From Fibrobacterota bacterium (GTDB lineage: Bacteria > Fibrobacterota > Fibrobacteria > UBA11236), in contig JAYUVP010000084.1 of NCBI GenBank assembly GCA_043753995.1, positions 1 through 27,925 on the forward strand: DNA of 27,925 nt, given 5' to 3'. Under the pieces are notes generated by a model. The model worked only from the letters and a program-made list of their open reading frames with translations. It searched no databases and was not told the origin of the DNA. Position numbers and translations under genes: made by a program. Shown one piece after another: positions 9,901-18,362 of the stretch; position 1 is the first letter of the stretch, and each line of letters opens with the position of its first letter.

Positions 9901-10414
9901 CTATGTGCGGCTACTCCAGGATGCCGTCAAGGAATTGCAGGGCCAGAAAAAGCTGCCTCCTCTGCAAGTCGAAATCGATTTCCCCCTCGACGCCTATTTA
10001 CCCGAGGAATATGTGGCCGACGGCCTTACGCGCACCGCCGTCTATCAAAAGCTGACCCGCCTGGAAGCCCTGCCCGAAATCGATGACCTCGACAAGGAAA
10101 TGAAGGACCGCTTCGGCCCTCTACCTGAACCCGCCCATGCCCTGCTGCAAACCATGCGGGCCCGTTTGGTGGCGCAAAAACGCGGTTTTGCCACCGTCGA
10201 ATTGCAAGGACCCAAGCTTTTGCTCACCTTTGCCGAAGCCTATCAGCCCGACCAAGCTGGCCTGGCCGAAATGGTTCCTCTTTTCAAGCGCACCATGCGC
10301 TTTATCGCCACCAAACCCCTTCAGATCGCCGTCGAACTCAATCCTCCCAAGGGCGACCATCGCCAGGCCATCGATCAGGCCATTCAGGTGCTGCGTGGAT
10401 TGTGGGTCGCCTGA
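6986..10414 (+). CDS. mfd: Transcription-repair coupling factor Mfd
   Basis: UvrB-homology region (GEFSVRGEIIDVYP), CarD-like RID (VVHEDYGVGRF), GDVGFGKTEVA, IIDEEQKFGV, QLRGRVGRS, DLEVRGAGN, TRCF C-terminus. ORF is open from 6935; ATG 6986 is preferred because AGGA lies at 6975-6978. Confidence 0.98.
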   Translation: MTSVQTLNDLLGGHLFPSLAAPRPMRGEPLHVAGLEGSATSAFVASQFLREQGKGKTGQILFLAADAKSAETMAEDLEGWLGDEAVIQFPGLDLKPYEWRHPFGHLLEQRLNGFEALYRKRNAVVVITLSDFLLKLNSPESLHLEILAFQKGETLSLRNFRETLLQMGFREENTVQDIGEFSVRGEIIDVYPYLAQHPFRIVLFGDSIEAIKEFDIFTQRSLREVEAIEIFPLDECSFTPKEIEAGMERHFDRFLGEGGFEAENHKLLIKRDFAGIHWQKAFFKELRYTLLDFLGPDPLVVLGDAEAMANTVDKVWSNALEGHAEAVHKDRWICRPNELWLDGPGLERLLGSVRHVRLSRVSWEGRLSRTLNVEAQTRAGAGLKDIDDRIRKLAQEGVQLYLTAPNEGQADRLRKLAVDLPVAGVVVGHLDCGFTLHDDAVAIWTDHQIFNRFSRKVRQRRQKGGGVSIQNFEALTRGDVVVHEDYGVGRFVGIKRIVAQGHAVDCILLDFSGTDKLALPVTDLGKLEKFSSEEGHIPQLSKLGGKSWEITKEKTRKAVLKLAQELIELYAQRSVVPGYPFAADGPLQAEFDQSFEWELTPDQAKAVQDSKNDMEAPRPMDRLICGDVGFGKTEVAMRAAFKAVADKKQVAVLAPTTILAAQHFDRFVDRFSSFPVRIESLTRFRTAKEQKEALKTAAEGGVDILIGTHRLLSKDVVFKDVGLLIIDEEQKFGVKQKERLKELRTQVDVLSMSATPIPRTLHMALIGTRDLSIIATPPRNRLPIETRVLPWDGRQIRDAINHELSRGGQVYFVHNRVQTMPETLEKLQALVPQARIGMAHGQMEEGELERVMSAFIAREYDILCCTAIIESGLDITNVNTMIVDRAELFGMSQLYQLRGRVGRSSAKAYCLLISPDANRFNDDMKKRLYSLEKFTELGSGFQIAMRDLEVRGAGNILGHDQSGHIATVGYETYVRLLQDAVKELQGQKKLPPLQVEIDFPLDAYLPEEYVADGLTRTAVYQKLTRLEALPEIDDLDKEMKDRFGPLPEPAHALLQTMRARLVAQKRGFATVELQGPKLLLTFAEAYQPDQAGLAEMVPLFKRTMRFIATKPLQIAVELNPPKGDHRQAIDQAIQVLRGLWVA

Positions 10415-10521
10415 GGGATTTGTATCCTATGCCCCCAATGTCCAGGGACTTTCTCCGAGCCGCCGTAAAGCGGTACCTATGTCTTTTTTCCGCGATTTTG
10501 ACGCCCGGTGCATTTCTGCGC

Positions 10522-11649
10522 TTGAATAGCACCCATTCACGCCTTCTGCTTGGACTTTTGGTTTTGGCCTTAGGACTGGGGCTTTCCAACTGCACCTCCA
10601 AGAAAAAGCCAGGTACGCCCCTGGCCAAGGTGGGCACGGCCACCCTGACTCTCGAAGATGTGCGATTAACCTTTCCGCAAGAATTTGAGCAAGCCCTCCC
10701 CCGCGAGCAATACCTCGATTTCGTGAAACGCTGGATTGACGATGAAGTCATTTACCAACAGGCCCAAAAGGCCGAATTGGATAAAGACACCTCTATCGCC
10801 AGACGCATCGAGGAAATGCGACGCAAATTGCTGATTGAAGAATTCATGGCGCGCGAAGGCGCGGCCGAGGCCGTTGAACCTGATGAAGGAGCTTTATCTC
10901 AATATTATGAGGTTCATCGCGAAGAATTTCGCCGTAAAGTTGCCGAATGGCGTTTTCTCACCTTACGAGTGAAAAGCTTTAAAGAGGCCCTCGAATTGAA
11001 GCCAAAGCTGCGCGGAAGCGATTACTTGGTCCAGGCGGCTCCGCATTTACTTGACCCCTTGCCCGAAGACCTGGAATCCTTGCCATTTCGAAAAGCCCAA
11101 GACATTCGCGCCTGCCTGCAACCTACCCTGGGGCAGACTCCGGTCGGGCAAATCGCCGGGCCCTTGACCTGCCCGGAAGGGATCATCCTGGTTAAGGTGC
11201 TGGAAAAAGCCGAAGCTGGGACCTTGATTGCCTTCCCGACCGTGCGGGACCATATCGCGGGCATTTTGATGATGGAACGTAAGAGCAAGCAAAGGGAAGG
11301 CGCGGTTGCCCGCTACAAGGAAGGCGCCTTAATCACTTTCAATCTGGATAAAATTCCTGGTCGCGAAACTCCAGCAGAAGAAAATGAAGCCGTGTCCATG
11401 CCTTCCCAAGAAAGCGATGAACTCCAAGCACAGGAAAAAGCGGTGCGCAATTCAGTAGACCTGGCTGGAACGACACCAGGCGATATGCCTAAACCAAAAC
11501 CCAAGCCCCGCCCTGCCCCGCCTCGACCTGTCGCCCCGCCGCCACCTTTGGAACCTTTCGATAATACCCCAGCCAATGAGCCTACCGGGGCTTTGCGGTC
11601 GGATGCACCTTCGGCCCCGGTGACGGACACTTCGCATGCAATGCCCTGA
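10522..11649 (+). CDS. PrsA/PpiC-type peptidyl-prolyl isomerase-like lipoprotein with an acidic/Pro-rich tail
   Basis: Lipoprotein signal ...LGLGLSN-C, LAKVG..LTLEDV, WIDDEVIYQQAQ and YYEVHREEF. Start uncertain (TTG 10522 chosen; ATG 10429/10438 possible). Confidence 0.75.
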   Translation: MNSTHSRLLLGLLVLALGLGLSNCTSKKKPGTPLAKVGTATLTLEDVRLTFPQEFEQALPREQYLDFVKRWIDDEVIYQQAQKAELDKDTSIARRIEEMRRKLLIEEFMAREGAAEAVEPDEGALSQYYEVHREEFRRKVAEWRFLTLRVKSFKEALELKPKLRGSDYLVQAAPHLLDPLPEDLESLPFRKAQDIRACLQPTLGQTPVGQIAGPLTCPEGIILVKVLEKAEAGTLIAFPTVRDHIAGILMMERKSKQREGAVARYKEGALITFNLDKIPGRETPAEENEAVSMPSQESDELQAQEKAVRNSVDLAGTTPGDMPKPKPKPRPAPPRPVAPPPPLEPFDNTPANEPTGALRSDAPSAPVTDTSHAMP

Positions 11650-13111
11650 AACTCCATTACGCCCTGCCATTCTCCGCTTGGCCTTGACCTCCTTGGCCAT
11701 TATGACCCTGGCTATAAGCCTGGCCTCGGCGGCTACCGAGGCCGCCAAGTCAGGGAATAAACGCGAGCCGGTCGACGGAATCGTGGCCCAGGTCGACGAC
11801 CAAATCATTTTGCTTTCCGAGATTGAGGAAATGCGGCAAGTGCTGGCCATGCAAAACCCAGCCTTTCGCCGTACTCCCGCCGCCTTGCAAAGGCGTGAAA
11901 TGCTGGAACGCATCATTGAGGAGAAGGTGGTTTTGGCCAAGGCCAAGCAGGACACCACCATTCGCGTTTCCGAAAAAGATTTGACTCCGCGAGTGGAGGA
12001 AACCTATCAGCAATATGTGAAGCAAAGCGGTGGGGAAAAAGCTTTGGAAACGGCCTTGAAGCAAACCACCGGCATGAACCCAGTGCAATTCAAGGCGCGA
12101 CTCTTGGACCAAATGCGCGATCAAGCCTATCGCCAACGCTTGCAAATGAAATATGTCGGCGATCACGATCCATCCAATTCTCAAGTGCAAGAATTCTACA
12201 CGCGCTACAAAGACAGCCTGCCTACTCAACGCGATGGCATTAAACTGGCGCATATTCAATTGCGCATTCAGGCTGGCCGGGTTCTTGACAGCGCGGCTTT
12301 CGCAAAGGCCAATGAAGTCATTGCCCGCCTCGACAAGGGCGAACGTTTCGATTCTCTGGCCAAGCAAACCAGCGAAGATCCTTCAGGCAAGGACGGGGGC
12401 GATATCGGCTATACGCGGCGCGGCACTCTCGACCCGGATTATGAAAGGGCAGCATTCAGCCTGGATGCCGGCGACTATACTCTCCGACCGGTGCGCAGCC
12501 GCTTTGGTTGGCACGTCATCAAGGTGACGGGAAAAAAAGACAATGAAGCCCGCACCAGCCACATTTTCATTCGCGTAACACCTTCGGCCGAAGACACGGC
12601 CCAGGGCAAGGTGCGCGCGGATTCTTTGCGCACAGTTTTATTGGCCGACACGAATAAGGCACGGGCAGCGAAAACTTTCGCCGACATCGCTCGTAAGCTT
12701 TCCGACGATCGCAAAACCAAGGCTTTAGGCGGCTCGCTAGGCTGGTTTCAAAAGGACCAAATCGACGATACCTATAAGTCGGCCGTGGATACCCTAAAGC
12801 AAGGCGATATTTCCGCTCCGATTTTGATTGGAGACAGCTGGAATTTATTCCTTCTCGAAAATAGGGCCGAGGAGCGCCATCTCACCCTCGATGAAGACTG
12901 GACCCAAATCGCCCAAGTCGCCAAAAATTGGCAAGCGAATCAAAAGCTGAATTCCTTCGTGCAAAAATGGCGGGAAAGCATTTTAGTGGAAGACCGTCTA
13001 GCGACCTTTACCGGCTTGCCTGAAAACAGTGGCCCGTCCGGAATTGAAAATACCGGCACCGAATCAGGCGAATTGCCGGTTTACGGGCCTGCCTCCCCCG
13101 GCGCAGAATAG
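11636..13111 (+). CDS. surA: SurA-like periplasmic chaperone/PPIase with two parvulin domains
   Basis: VDGIVAQVDDQIILLSEI N-domain, FDSLAKQTSEDPSGKDGGDIG, SRFGWHVIKV, FADIARKLSDD...GGSLGW. Confidence 0.88.
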   Translation: MQCPETPLRPAILRLALTSLAIMTLAISLASAATEAAKSGNKREPVDGIVAQVDDQIILLSEIEEMRQVLAMQNPAFRRTPAALQRREMLERIIEEKVVLAKAKQDTTIRVSEKDLTPRVEETYQQYVKQSGGEKALETALKQTTGMNPVQFKARLLDQMRDQAYRQRLQMKYVGDHDPSNSQVQEFYTRYKDSLPTQRDGIKLAHIQLRIQAGRVLDSAAFAKANEVIARLDKGERFDSLAKQTSEDPSGKDGGDIGYTRRGTLDPDYERAAFSLDAGDYTLRPVRSRFGWHVIKVTGKKDNEARTSHIFIRVTPSAEDTAQGKVRADSLRTVLLADTNKARAAKTFADIARKLSDDRKTKALGGSLGWFQKDQIDDTYKSAVDTLKQGDISAPILIGDSWNLFLLENRAEERHLTLDEDWTQIAQVAKNWQANQKLNSFVQKWRESILVEDRLATFTGLPENSGPSGIENTGTESGELPVYGPASPGAE

Positions 13112-13130
13112 CCGGGCGCGACGGCCGCGC

Positions 13131-13901
13131 ATGCGTGACAGCAGCCCCTATCGCATTCTCCCCGCGTTTTACGACGCGGTCATGGCCCATGTCGATTACT
13201 ACGCATGGGGAGCCTATTTGCGTCGCCTCTGGGAACGGGAGAAACTCGAACCTCAGCGCATTCTCGAACTTGCCGCCGGGACTTGTCCCTTTCACCGCAC
13301 CGGCGCTTATCCCAAAACCGCCGAAGTGGTTTATAGTGACTTGTCGCCAGGCATGCTCCATGCAGCCACCACGGCGAGCGCTGCCCGTCTCGGGGAAAAC
13401 CCAGCTCCCGCCTGGCGAATTGCCTGCAATGCCCTTAGCCTGCCCTTCGGCACTAATGGATTCGACGTCGTCATCATGGTTTATGACGCCTTCAATTATT
13501 TGATGGACCGCAAAGGCGTCCTGACCTGCCTCGCCGAAGTGCATCGCGTCTTGCGCCCGGGTGGCCTTTTCATTTTCGATGTGACCACGCAAACCAATTC
13601 CCGCCGTCACTTCACTGATTTTCTGGACATCGAGGAATTGCCGGAGGCGACCTTGATTCGGCGCACGCATTATGACAGCGATAGTCGGCTCCAGGAAAAT
13701 GCTTTCACCATTTTCGTGCGCGAGGCCGATGGCAACTATCGCCGCGAGGAAGAAAAGCATCAACAGCGGGTTTTTGAATTGAATCCCCTGCAGGCTTGGG
13801 CTGAGTCGGCGGGCTTTACCTTGAAAGGCCGCTATGCGGGTTTCAGCCTCAAGCCCGGCTCTGAAGCTTCCGAGCGCGTGCATTTCGTACTTTCGCGCTG
13901 A
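13131..13901 (+). CDS. Class I SAM-dependent methyltransferase
   Basis: YDAVMAHVDY, ILELAAGT, DLSPGML, FNYL, LRPGGLFIFD. ATG 13131, just after the surA stop, is preferred over 13029. Confidence 0.88.
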   Translation: MRDSSPYRILPAFYDAVMAHVDYYAWGAYLRRLWEREKLEPQRILELAAGTCPFHRTGAYPKTAEVVYSDLSPGMLHAATTASAARLGENPAPAWRIACNALSLPFGTNGFDVVIMVYDAFNYLMDRKGVLTCLAEVHRVLRPGGLFIFDVTTQTNSRRHFTDFLDIEELPEATLIRRTHYDSDSRLQENAFTIFVREADGNYRREEEKHQQRVFELNPLQAWAESAGFTLKGRYAGFSLKPGSEASERVHFVLSR

Positions 13902-13918
13902 TGACCGAGTGACGGAAA

Positions 13919-14599
13919 ATGATTTGGTTCAAGCATGTCAGCCGCATTTACGAGTCCGAGTTCCGGGCTTTGGACGACGTGCATTTCAGTATCGATCGCG
14001 GTGAATTCGTCTTTTTGACCGGCCCCTCGGGCGCGGGTAAAACCACCTTGATGCGCCTCATTTACATGGACGAGCAGCCCGATCGCGGTGAAGTGCTCAT
14101 CTCCTTCAACAAGGATTTGACGTATCGCAGTCATGAAACGCCGCATTCGCGCATACAATTGTTGCGTAGGCGGCTTGGCATTGTCTTTCAGGATTTCAAG
14201 CTGCTGCACGATCGCAATGTTTTCGAAAACGTGGCCTTCGCCTTGCGCATTGCGGGTTATTCCAATCAGCGCATGAAGGAAAGGGTTTTCGAAGTGCTGG
14301 CCATGGCGGGCATTTCCCACAAATCCAAATCCATGCCTTATCAGCTTTCCGGTGGAGAGCAACAACGCGTCGCCATTGCCCGCGCCGTGGCCAATGAGCC
14401 CTATATCGTCCTGGCCGATGAGCCCACGGGCAATCTCGATCCGGGAACTTCGCGGGAAATTCTCAAGATATTCCAGGAAATTCACGCCAAGGGCACGGCC
14501 GTGCTCATGGCCACCCATGACTATCAACTGATGGAAAACCTTCCCTATCGTCGCATGATGCTGCAACGTGGCAGCCTGGTGAATCGCGATTTCTTATAG
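13919..14599 (+). CDS. ftsE: Cell-division ATP-binding protein FtsE
   Basis: GEFVFLTGPSGAGKTT, GIVFQDFKLL, LSGGEQQRVAIARA, LADEPTGNLDP, GTAVLMATHD. Confidence 0.85.
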   Translation: MIWFKHVSRIYESEFRALDDVHFSIDRGEFVFLTGPSGAGKTTLMRLIYMDEQPDRGEVLISFNKDLTYRSHETPHSRIQLLRRRLGIVFQDFKLLHDRNVFENVAFALRIAGYSNQRMKERVFEVLAMAGISHKSKSMPYQLSGGEQQRVAIARAVANEPYIVLADEPTGNLDPGTSREILKIFQEIHAKGTAVLMATHDYQLMENLPYRRMMLQRGSLVNRDFL

Positions 14600-14632
14600 C
14601 GCTTTCGAGGGGGCGTTGGCGAACCCCTTTTG

Positions 14633-14638
14633 TACAAT
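14633..14638 (+). promoter_or_regulatory. -10 element of a leaderless aroA promoter
   Basis: TACAAT, 6 nt (TTCCCC), in-frame GTG at 14645. No SD. Confidence 0.5.
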
Positions 14639-14644
14639 TTCCCC

Positions 14645-16003
14645 GTGACCAGCGATACCTTGACCTTGCCTCCCTGCGCCTTTGCCGACGGCACCATTCG
14701 CCCTCCCGGTTCGAAAAGCCTAGCCAATCGCGCCTTGCCCTTGGCCGCCATGGCCCGCGGCAAGACCGTGCTCACCCATGTACCTGATGGTGAAGACGTC
14801 ACCCTGATGCGCGAGGCCTTGCACAAGCTCGGCGTACAAATGACTTCGCTCTCCCCCACATCGGAAAGCCTCACCGGACCCAGCGGCCCCTGGAGCCCCC
14901 AAGCCCTGGCCAACTCGGCTTCGGTTGAGCTCTTTCTAGGCAATTCGGGCACCTCCATGCGCATTCTTGCCGGGCTGCTGAGCGGCGCGCAGGGTCGCTT
15001 TCACTTGGATGGCATTCCACGTATGCGTGAGCGTCCCATTCGCGATCTCGTCGACGCGCTTTTGCCTCTTTGCGGTGAAACCCGCATCGAATATGCGGGA
15101 CAAGTAGGGTTTCCGCCTTTGCGCCTCAGCGCCGAAGGCTTGCGCGGCGGCAAAACTGCGATACAAGGCAATGTCAGCAGCCAATTCCTCACCGGCCTTT
15201 TGCTTAGCCTCCCGCTTTGTCGAGAAGAAGTCACGGTGGAAGTACAAGGCAAACTGGTGTCGGCCCCCTATGTCGCCATGACCCTGGCGGCCATGAGCGA
15301 TTTCGGCGTCACGGTGGAGAATGATTCCTTTCGCCGCTTTCACCTAAAGCCGGGACAGCACTACCAAAGCCCCGGCACCTATGCCATCGAACCCGATGCC
15401 TCTTCAGCTTCGTATTTCCTGGCCGCTGGCGCCATTGCTGGGGGTAGCGTACAGGTGACGGGTCTCGACGCCTCCAGTCAGCAAGGCGAAACCCAATTCG
15501 CGGCCGTGCTCGAACGTATGGGCGCCCGCGTGACCTGGGGACAGGGCTCGGTGACTGTACGGCCTCCCGAAAACGGTCTATTGCGCGGGCTCGACATCGA
15601 CATGGACTTGATGTCGGATACCGGCATGACCTTGGCCGTCACGGCGCTTTTCGCCCGAGGCCGCACGCGCATCACCGGCATCGGCAATTGGCGCGTGAAG
15701 GAAACCGATCGCATCGAGGCCATGGCAACTGAATTGCGCAAGGTCGGTGCCACCGTGGCTTCGGGTCCGGACTGGCTCGAAGTGACTCCCCCCTCGGCCC
15801 TCAACACCGCAACCATAGACACCTATCGCGATCATCGCATGGCCATGTGCTTTTCCCTGATTTGCCTCGGTGGCGTGCCCATTACCTTGCGTGATCCAGG
15901 TTGCGTCGCCAAAACTTATCCTGGCTACTTCGAAGCTCTGCGCGCTTTATTGCGCGTCGGGGCCAACGCCGGCGCCCCTCTTCCCGAATTTGCCCGCACA
16001 TGA
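14645..16003 (+). CDS. aroA: 3-phosphoshikimate 1-carboxyvinyltransferase (EPSP synthase, class I-like)
   Basis: PGSKSLANRAL, LGNSGTSMR, RMRERPI, VSSQF, EPDASSASYF, WRVKETDRI, DHRMAM. Confidence 0.97.
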   Translation: MTSDTLTLPPCAFADGTIRPPGSKSLANRALPLAAMARGKTVLTHVPDGEDVTLMREALHKLGVQMTSLSPTSESLTGPSGPWSPQALANSASVELFLGNSGTSMRILAGLLSGAQGRFHLDGIPRMRERPIRDLVDALLPLCGETRIEYAGQVGFPPLRLSAEGLRGGKTAIQGNVSSQFLTGLLLSLPLCREEVTVEVQGKLVSAPYVAMTLAAMSDFGVTVENDSFRRFHLKPGQHYQSPGTYAIEPDASSASYFLAAGAIAGGSVQVTGLDASSQQGETQFAAVLERMGARVTWGQGSVTVRPPENGLLRGLDIDMDLMSDTGMTLAVTALFARGRTRITGIGNWRVKETDRIEAMATELRKVGATVASGPDWLEVTPPSALNTATIDTYRDHRMAMCFSLICLGGVPITLRDPGCVAKTYPGYFEALRALLRVGANAGAPLPEFART

Positions 16004-18330
16004 CCTCTAAATTTTCCGCCTGCGCTGGCCTTGTTTTGGCCCTTGCCGGCCTCACCCGCTGCGAACCCGCTCCCACCCCGCGTCCCGATAGTGGCAAGCC
16101 ACCCGCATCCACCGCGCCTTCGCCCGCACCCAATGCCGTCACCGGCCCCCGGTATACAGCCGATGACGAACGTTTGCCTCGCATTCCCACCGTACCGGGA
16201 CCGCCTTCCGTCGCCTGGAAAACCCTAGCCTCGCATCGCCTTGACTCCATGGTCCAGGCCGAATGGGCGCGCTCTAAATTACGTGGCCGTTTGGGCGTCA
16301 GCGTTTATTCGACTCGCTATGGCCGCGCCGAAGCTGGCGTCCATGACAGTGAATGGTTCACCCCAGCCTCCAATTTGAAATTGGTGGTGACCGCAGCCAC
16401 CATAGACACCTTTCCCGTGAATCATTTCCCCTTGACTGCCCTGGAAGTCCGAGGCCGCATCGAAGGCCGTACTTTATATGGCACTTTGGTGGCCGTGGGC
16501 GGCGGCGATCCCAATGTCAGCAATCGCTTCTTTCCTGACGCCTTAAGCCCGCTCAAACCCTTTGCCGACAGCTTGCGACGCCTGGGCATAGACAGCGTGA
16601 TAGGCGAAGTCGTCACCATCGATACTTTCTTTCATGGTCCGCGTCGCCCCAAGGCCTGGCGTGAGCATCATTTCAATACCTGGTATGGCGCCGAAGTTTC
16701 TTCGCTATCCTATCAGGACAATGCCTTTGACTTGACCGTCATGCCTTCGGCCAAGGTGGGTGCGCCACCGGTAGCCTTGATCGATCCCGACGTCGGCTAT
16801 GTGCAGGTGGTGAATAAGGCGCGCACGGTCAAAGGAAAAGCCCGCCGCCTCTTCGTGAGGCAGGATTCCGATACCACGCGCGTCACTCTCACGGGCACCT
16901 TGGGGCAAAAATCCGGGGGCGTGCACATGGTATTACCCGTGCGCGATCCTCCCGCCTATTTTCGCGCCGCCTTAATGCGGGCTCTCGCCCAGAACAGTAT
17001 TGCCGTGGCACCCGCTCCTCTCGCGGCCAAGGCCGACAGCTTGCCTGTGCTACACCGTTTCCACCTCACGACGGCTCCGCTTTATGACATGATCGAAGAG
17101 GTGAATCAAAAAAGCCAGAACTTGCAGGCCGAAGCCTTATTGCGCCATCTCGGCGGATGGGTTTATCAGGATGCCAGCGATACCTCTGGAATTCGCGCTG
17201 AATATCACTTCTTGAATAAGATGGGCGTAGATACCTCGGATTTTATCTTACGTGACGGTTGCGGACTTTCTTCCGAAAACCGCATCAAGCCTAAGGCCGT
17301 TGCCTCCATGCTGGCCGCTATGGTGCGGCATCCTTATGTGAACGACTATATCGCCTCCTTGGCCACCCCAGGACTGGACGGCGCTACCGGAAGGCGGCTT
17401 CGCCCCTGGTATCAAAGCAATATGATCCGCTACAAGACCGGCTCCATCAATCGTGTGCAAGCCTTGTCGGGCTATGCCTTCGGCATTGACAATGACACCT
17501 TGGCGGTCGCGCTCTTCATCAATGATTTCATGGGCTCCCCGGAAAAGGCCGCCCGCCTTCTCGACACCCTTTTCGTGCGCGTCGCCACGACCATGAATGC
17601 GGAGCGCGAGGGCGTCATTGCCGCCCATAAACTCTTATCGAGGCCCGATGCTCCACCGAATTATCGCGATCGCTTGCGTTTTTTCTCTGCCGCCTTAGAA
17701 GGCCGGCCTTATTTTCTCGGCCCCACCGGCGAGGGCCGCTACGAATCCCCGGACGGTAAGCCCCTGCTCGACATGTCCCGCTTCGATTGCGTCACCTATG
17801 TCGAAAGCGTCCTGGGCATGGCCCTGGCGCGTAATGCCCGCGAGGTATTGCCCATGGTGAAACGCCTTCGTTACCGTGGTGACACTCTTGCCTACCACAC
17901 CCGCAATCATTATTTCGTGGCCGATTGGCTGGCTAACAATGAGAAATACGTGCGCATTCTCCCCTTGCCGGGCGACACCGTGGGCGCGCGCTTCATCAAC
18001 AAGGTGAAATTCTTCCAGGGTAAGAAGCAACCCGCCCCGGCCAGCGATCCCATTCTGCACATGCGTTATCTCACCTATGAAAAGGCCATGGCACTATCCA
18101 AAAACTGGAGCCCAGGTCCCGGCTTTTTCGGCGTCGCCTTCGTCACCGACATCGAAGGCCTTGACGTCACCCACTGCGGATTCCTGCTCGCCGACGGCAA
18201 GGGACCGGTGCAATTGCGCCATGCCAGCCAATTGTTAGGAAAGGTGGCCACCATGGATTTCACGAATTACCTCGAAACGCGCAAAGGAAAATGCTCGGGC
18301 ATCGTGGTATTTGAATTCCTAGACCCCTGA
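16000..18330 (+). CDS. dacB: Fusion protein: D-Ala-D-Ala carboxy/endopeptidase (PBP4, peptidase S13) plus C-terminal DUF1460/AmiA-like NlpC/P60 amidase; probable lipoprotein
   Basis: ATGA overlap with the aroA stop. SxxK (PASNLK), GGGDP, SxN (KSQN), DGCGLS and KTG motifs. C-terminal ~220 aa has GRPY, FDCVTYVE, RNHYF, GLDVTHCG and LRHAS. Confidence 0.9.
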   Translation: MTSKFSACAGLVLALAGLTRCEPAPTPRPDSGKPPASTAPSPAPNAVTGPRYTADDERLPRIPTVPGPPSVAWKTLASHRLDSMVQAEWARSKLRGRLGVSVYSTRYGRAEAGVHDSEWFTPASNLKLVVTAATIDTFPVNHFPLTALEVRGRIEGRTLYGTLVAVGGGDPNVSNRFFPDALSPLKPFADSLRRLGIDSVIGEVVTIDTFFHGPRRPKAWREHHFNTWYGAEVSSLSYQDNAFDLTVMPSAKVGAPPVALIDPDVGYVQVVNKARTVKGKARRLFVRQDSDTTRVTLTGTLGQKSGGVHMVLPVRDPPAYFRAALMRALAQNSIAVAPAPLAAKADSLPVLHRFHLTTAPLYDMIEEVNQKSQNLQAEALLRHLGGWVYQDASDTSGIRAEYHFLNKMGVDTSDFILRDGCGLSSENRIKPKAVASMLAAMVRHPYVNDYIASLATPGLDGATGRRLRPWYQSNMIRYKTGSINRVQALSGYAFGIDNDTLAVALFINDFMGSPEKAARLLDTLFVRVATTMNAEREGVIAAHKLLSRPDAPPNYRDRLRFFSAALEGRPYFLGPTGEGRYESPDGKPLLDMSRFDCVTYVESVLGMALARNAREVLPMVKRLRYRGDTLAYHTRNHYFVADWLANNEKYVRILPLPGDTVGARFINKVKFFQGKKQPAPASDPILHMRYLTYEKAMALSKNWSPGPGFFGVAFVTDIEGLDVTHCGFLLADGKGPVQLRHASQLLGKVATMDFTNYLETRKGKCSGIVVFEFLDP

Positions 18331-18347
18331 ATTCCTTTCCGATACCC

Positions 18348-18356
18348 TGCTATATT
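18348..18356 (+). promoter_or_regulatory. Extended -10 promoter of the fur-like gene (leaderless geometry)
   Basis: TGcTATATT, 6 nt (CCGAAC), GTG start at 18363. No SD. Confidence 0.6.
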
Positions 18357-18362
18357 CCGAAC

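Noticed and set aside
13008..14566. Antisense ORFs of 291 and 244 aa over the methyltransferase and ftsE
   Set aside because: They mirror well-supported plus-strand genes and have no independent coding evidence.
14608..14631. AGGGG...CCCCT-TTT as an ftsE terminator
   Set aside because: Short stem with a long loop, overlapping the putative aroA promoter; not convincing.
15901..15999. N-terminal extension of the dacB ORF in the track
   Set aside because: It lies inside aroA. ATG 16000 gives ATGA coupling and a signal peptide.
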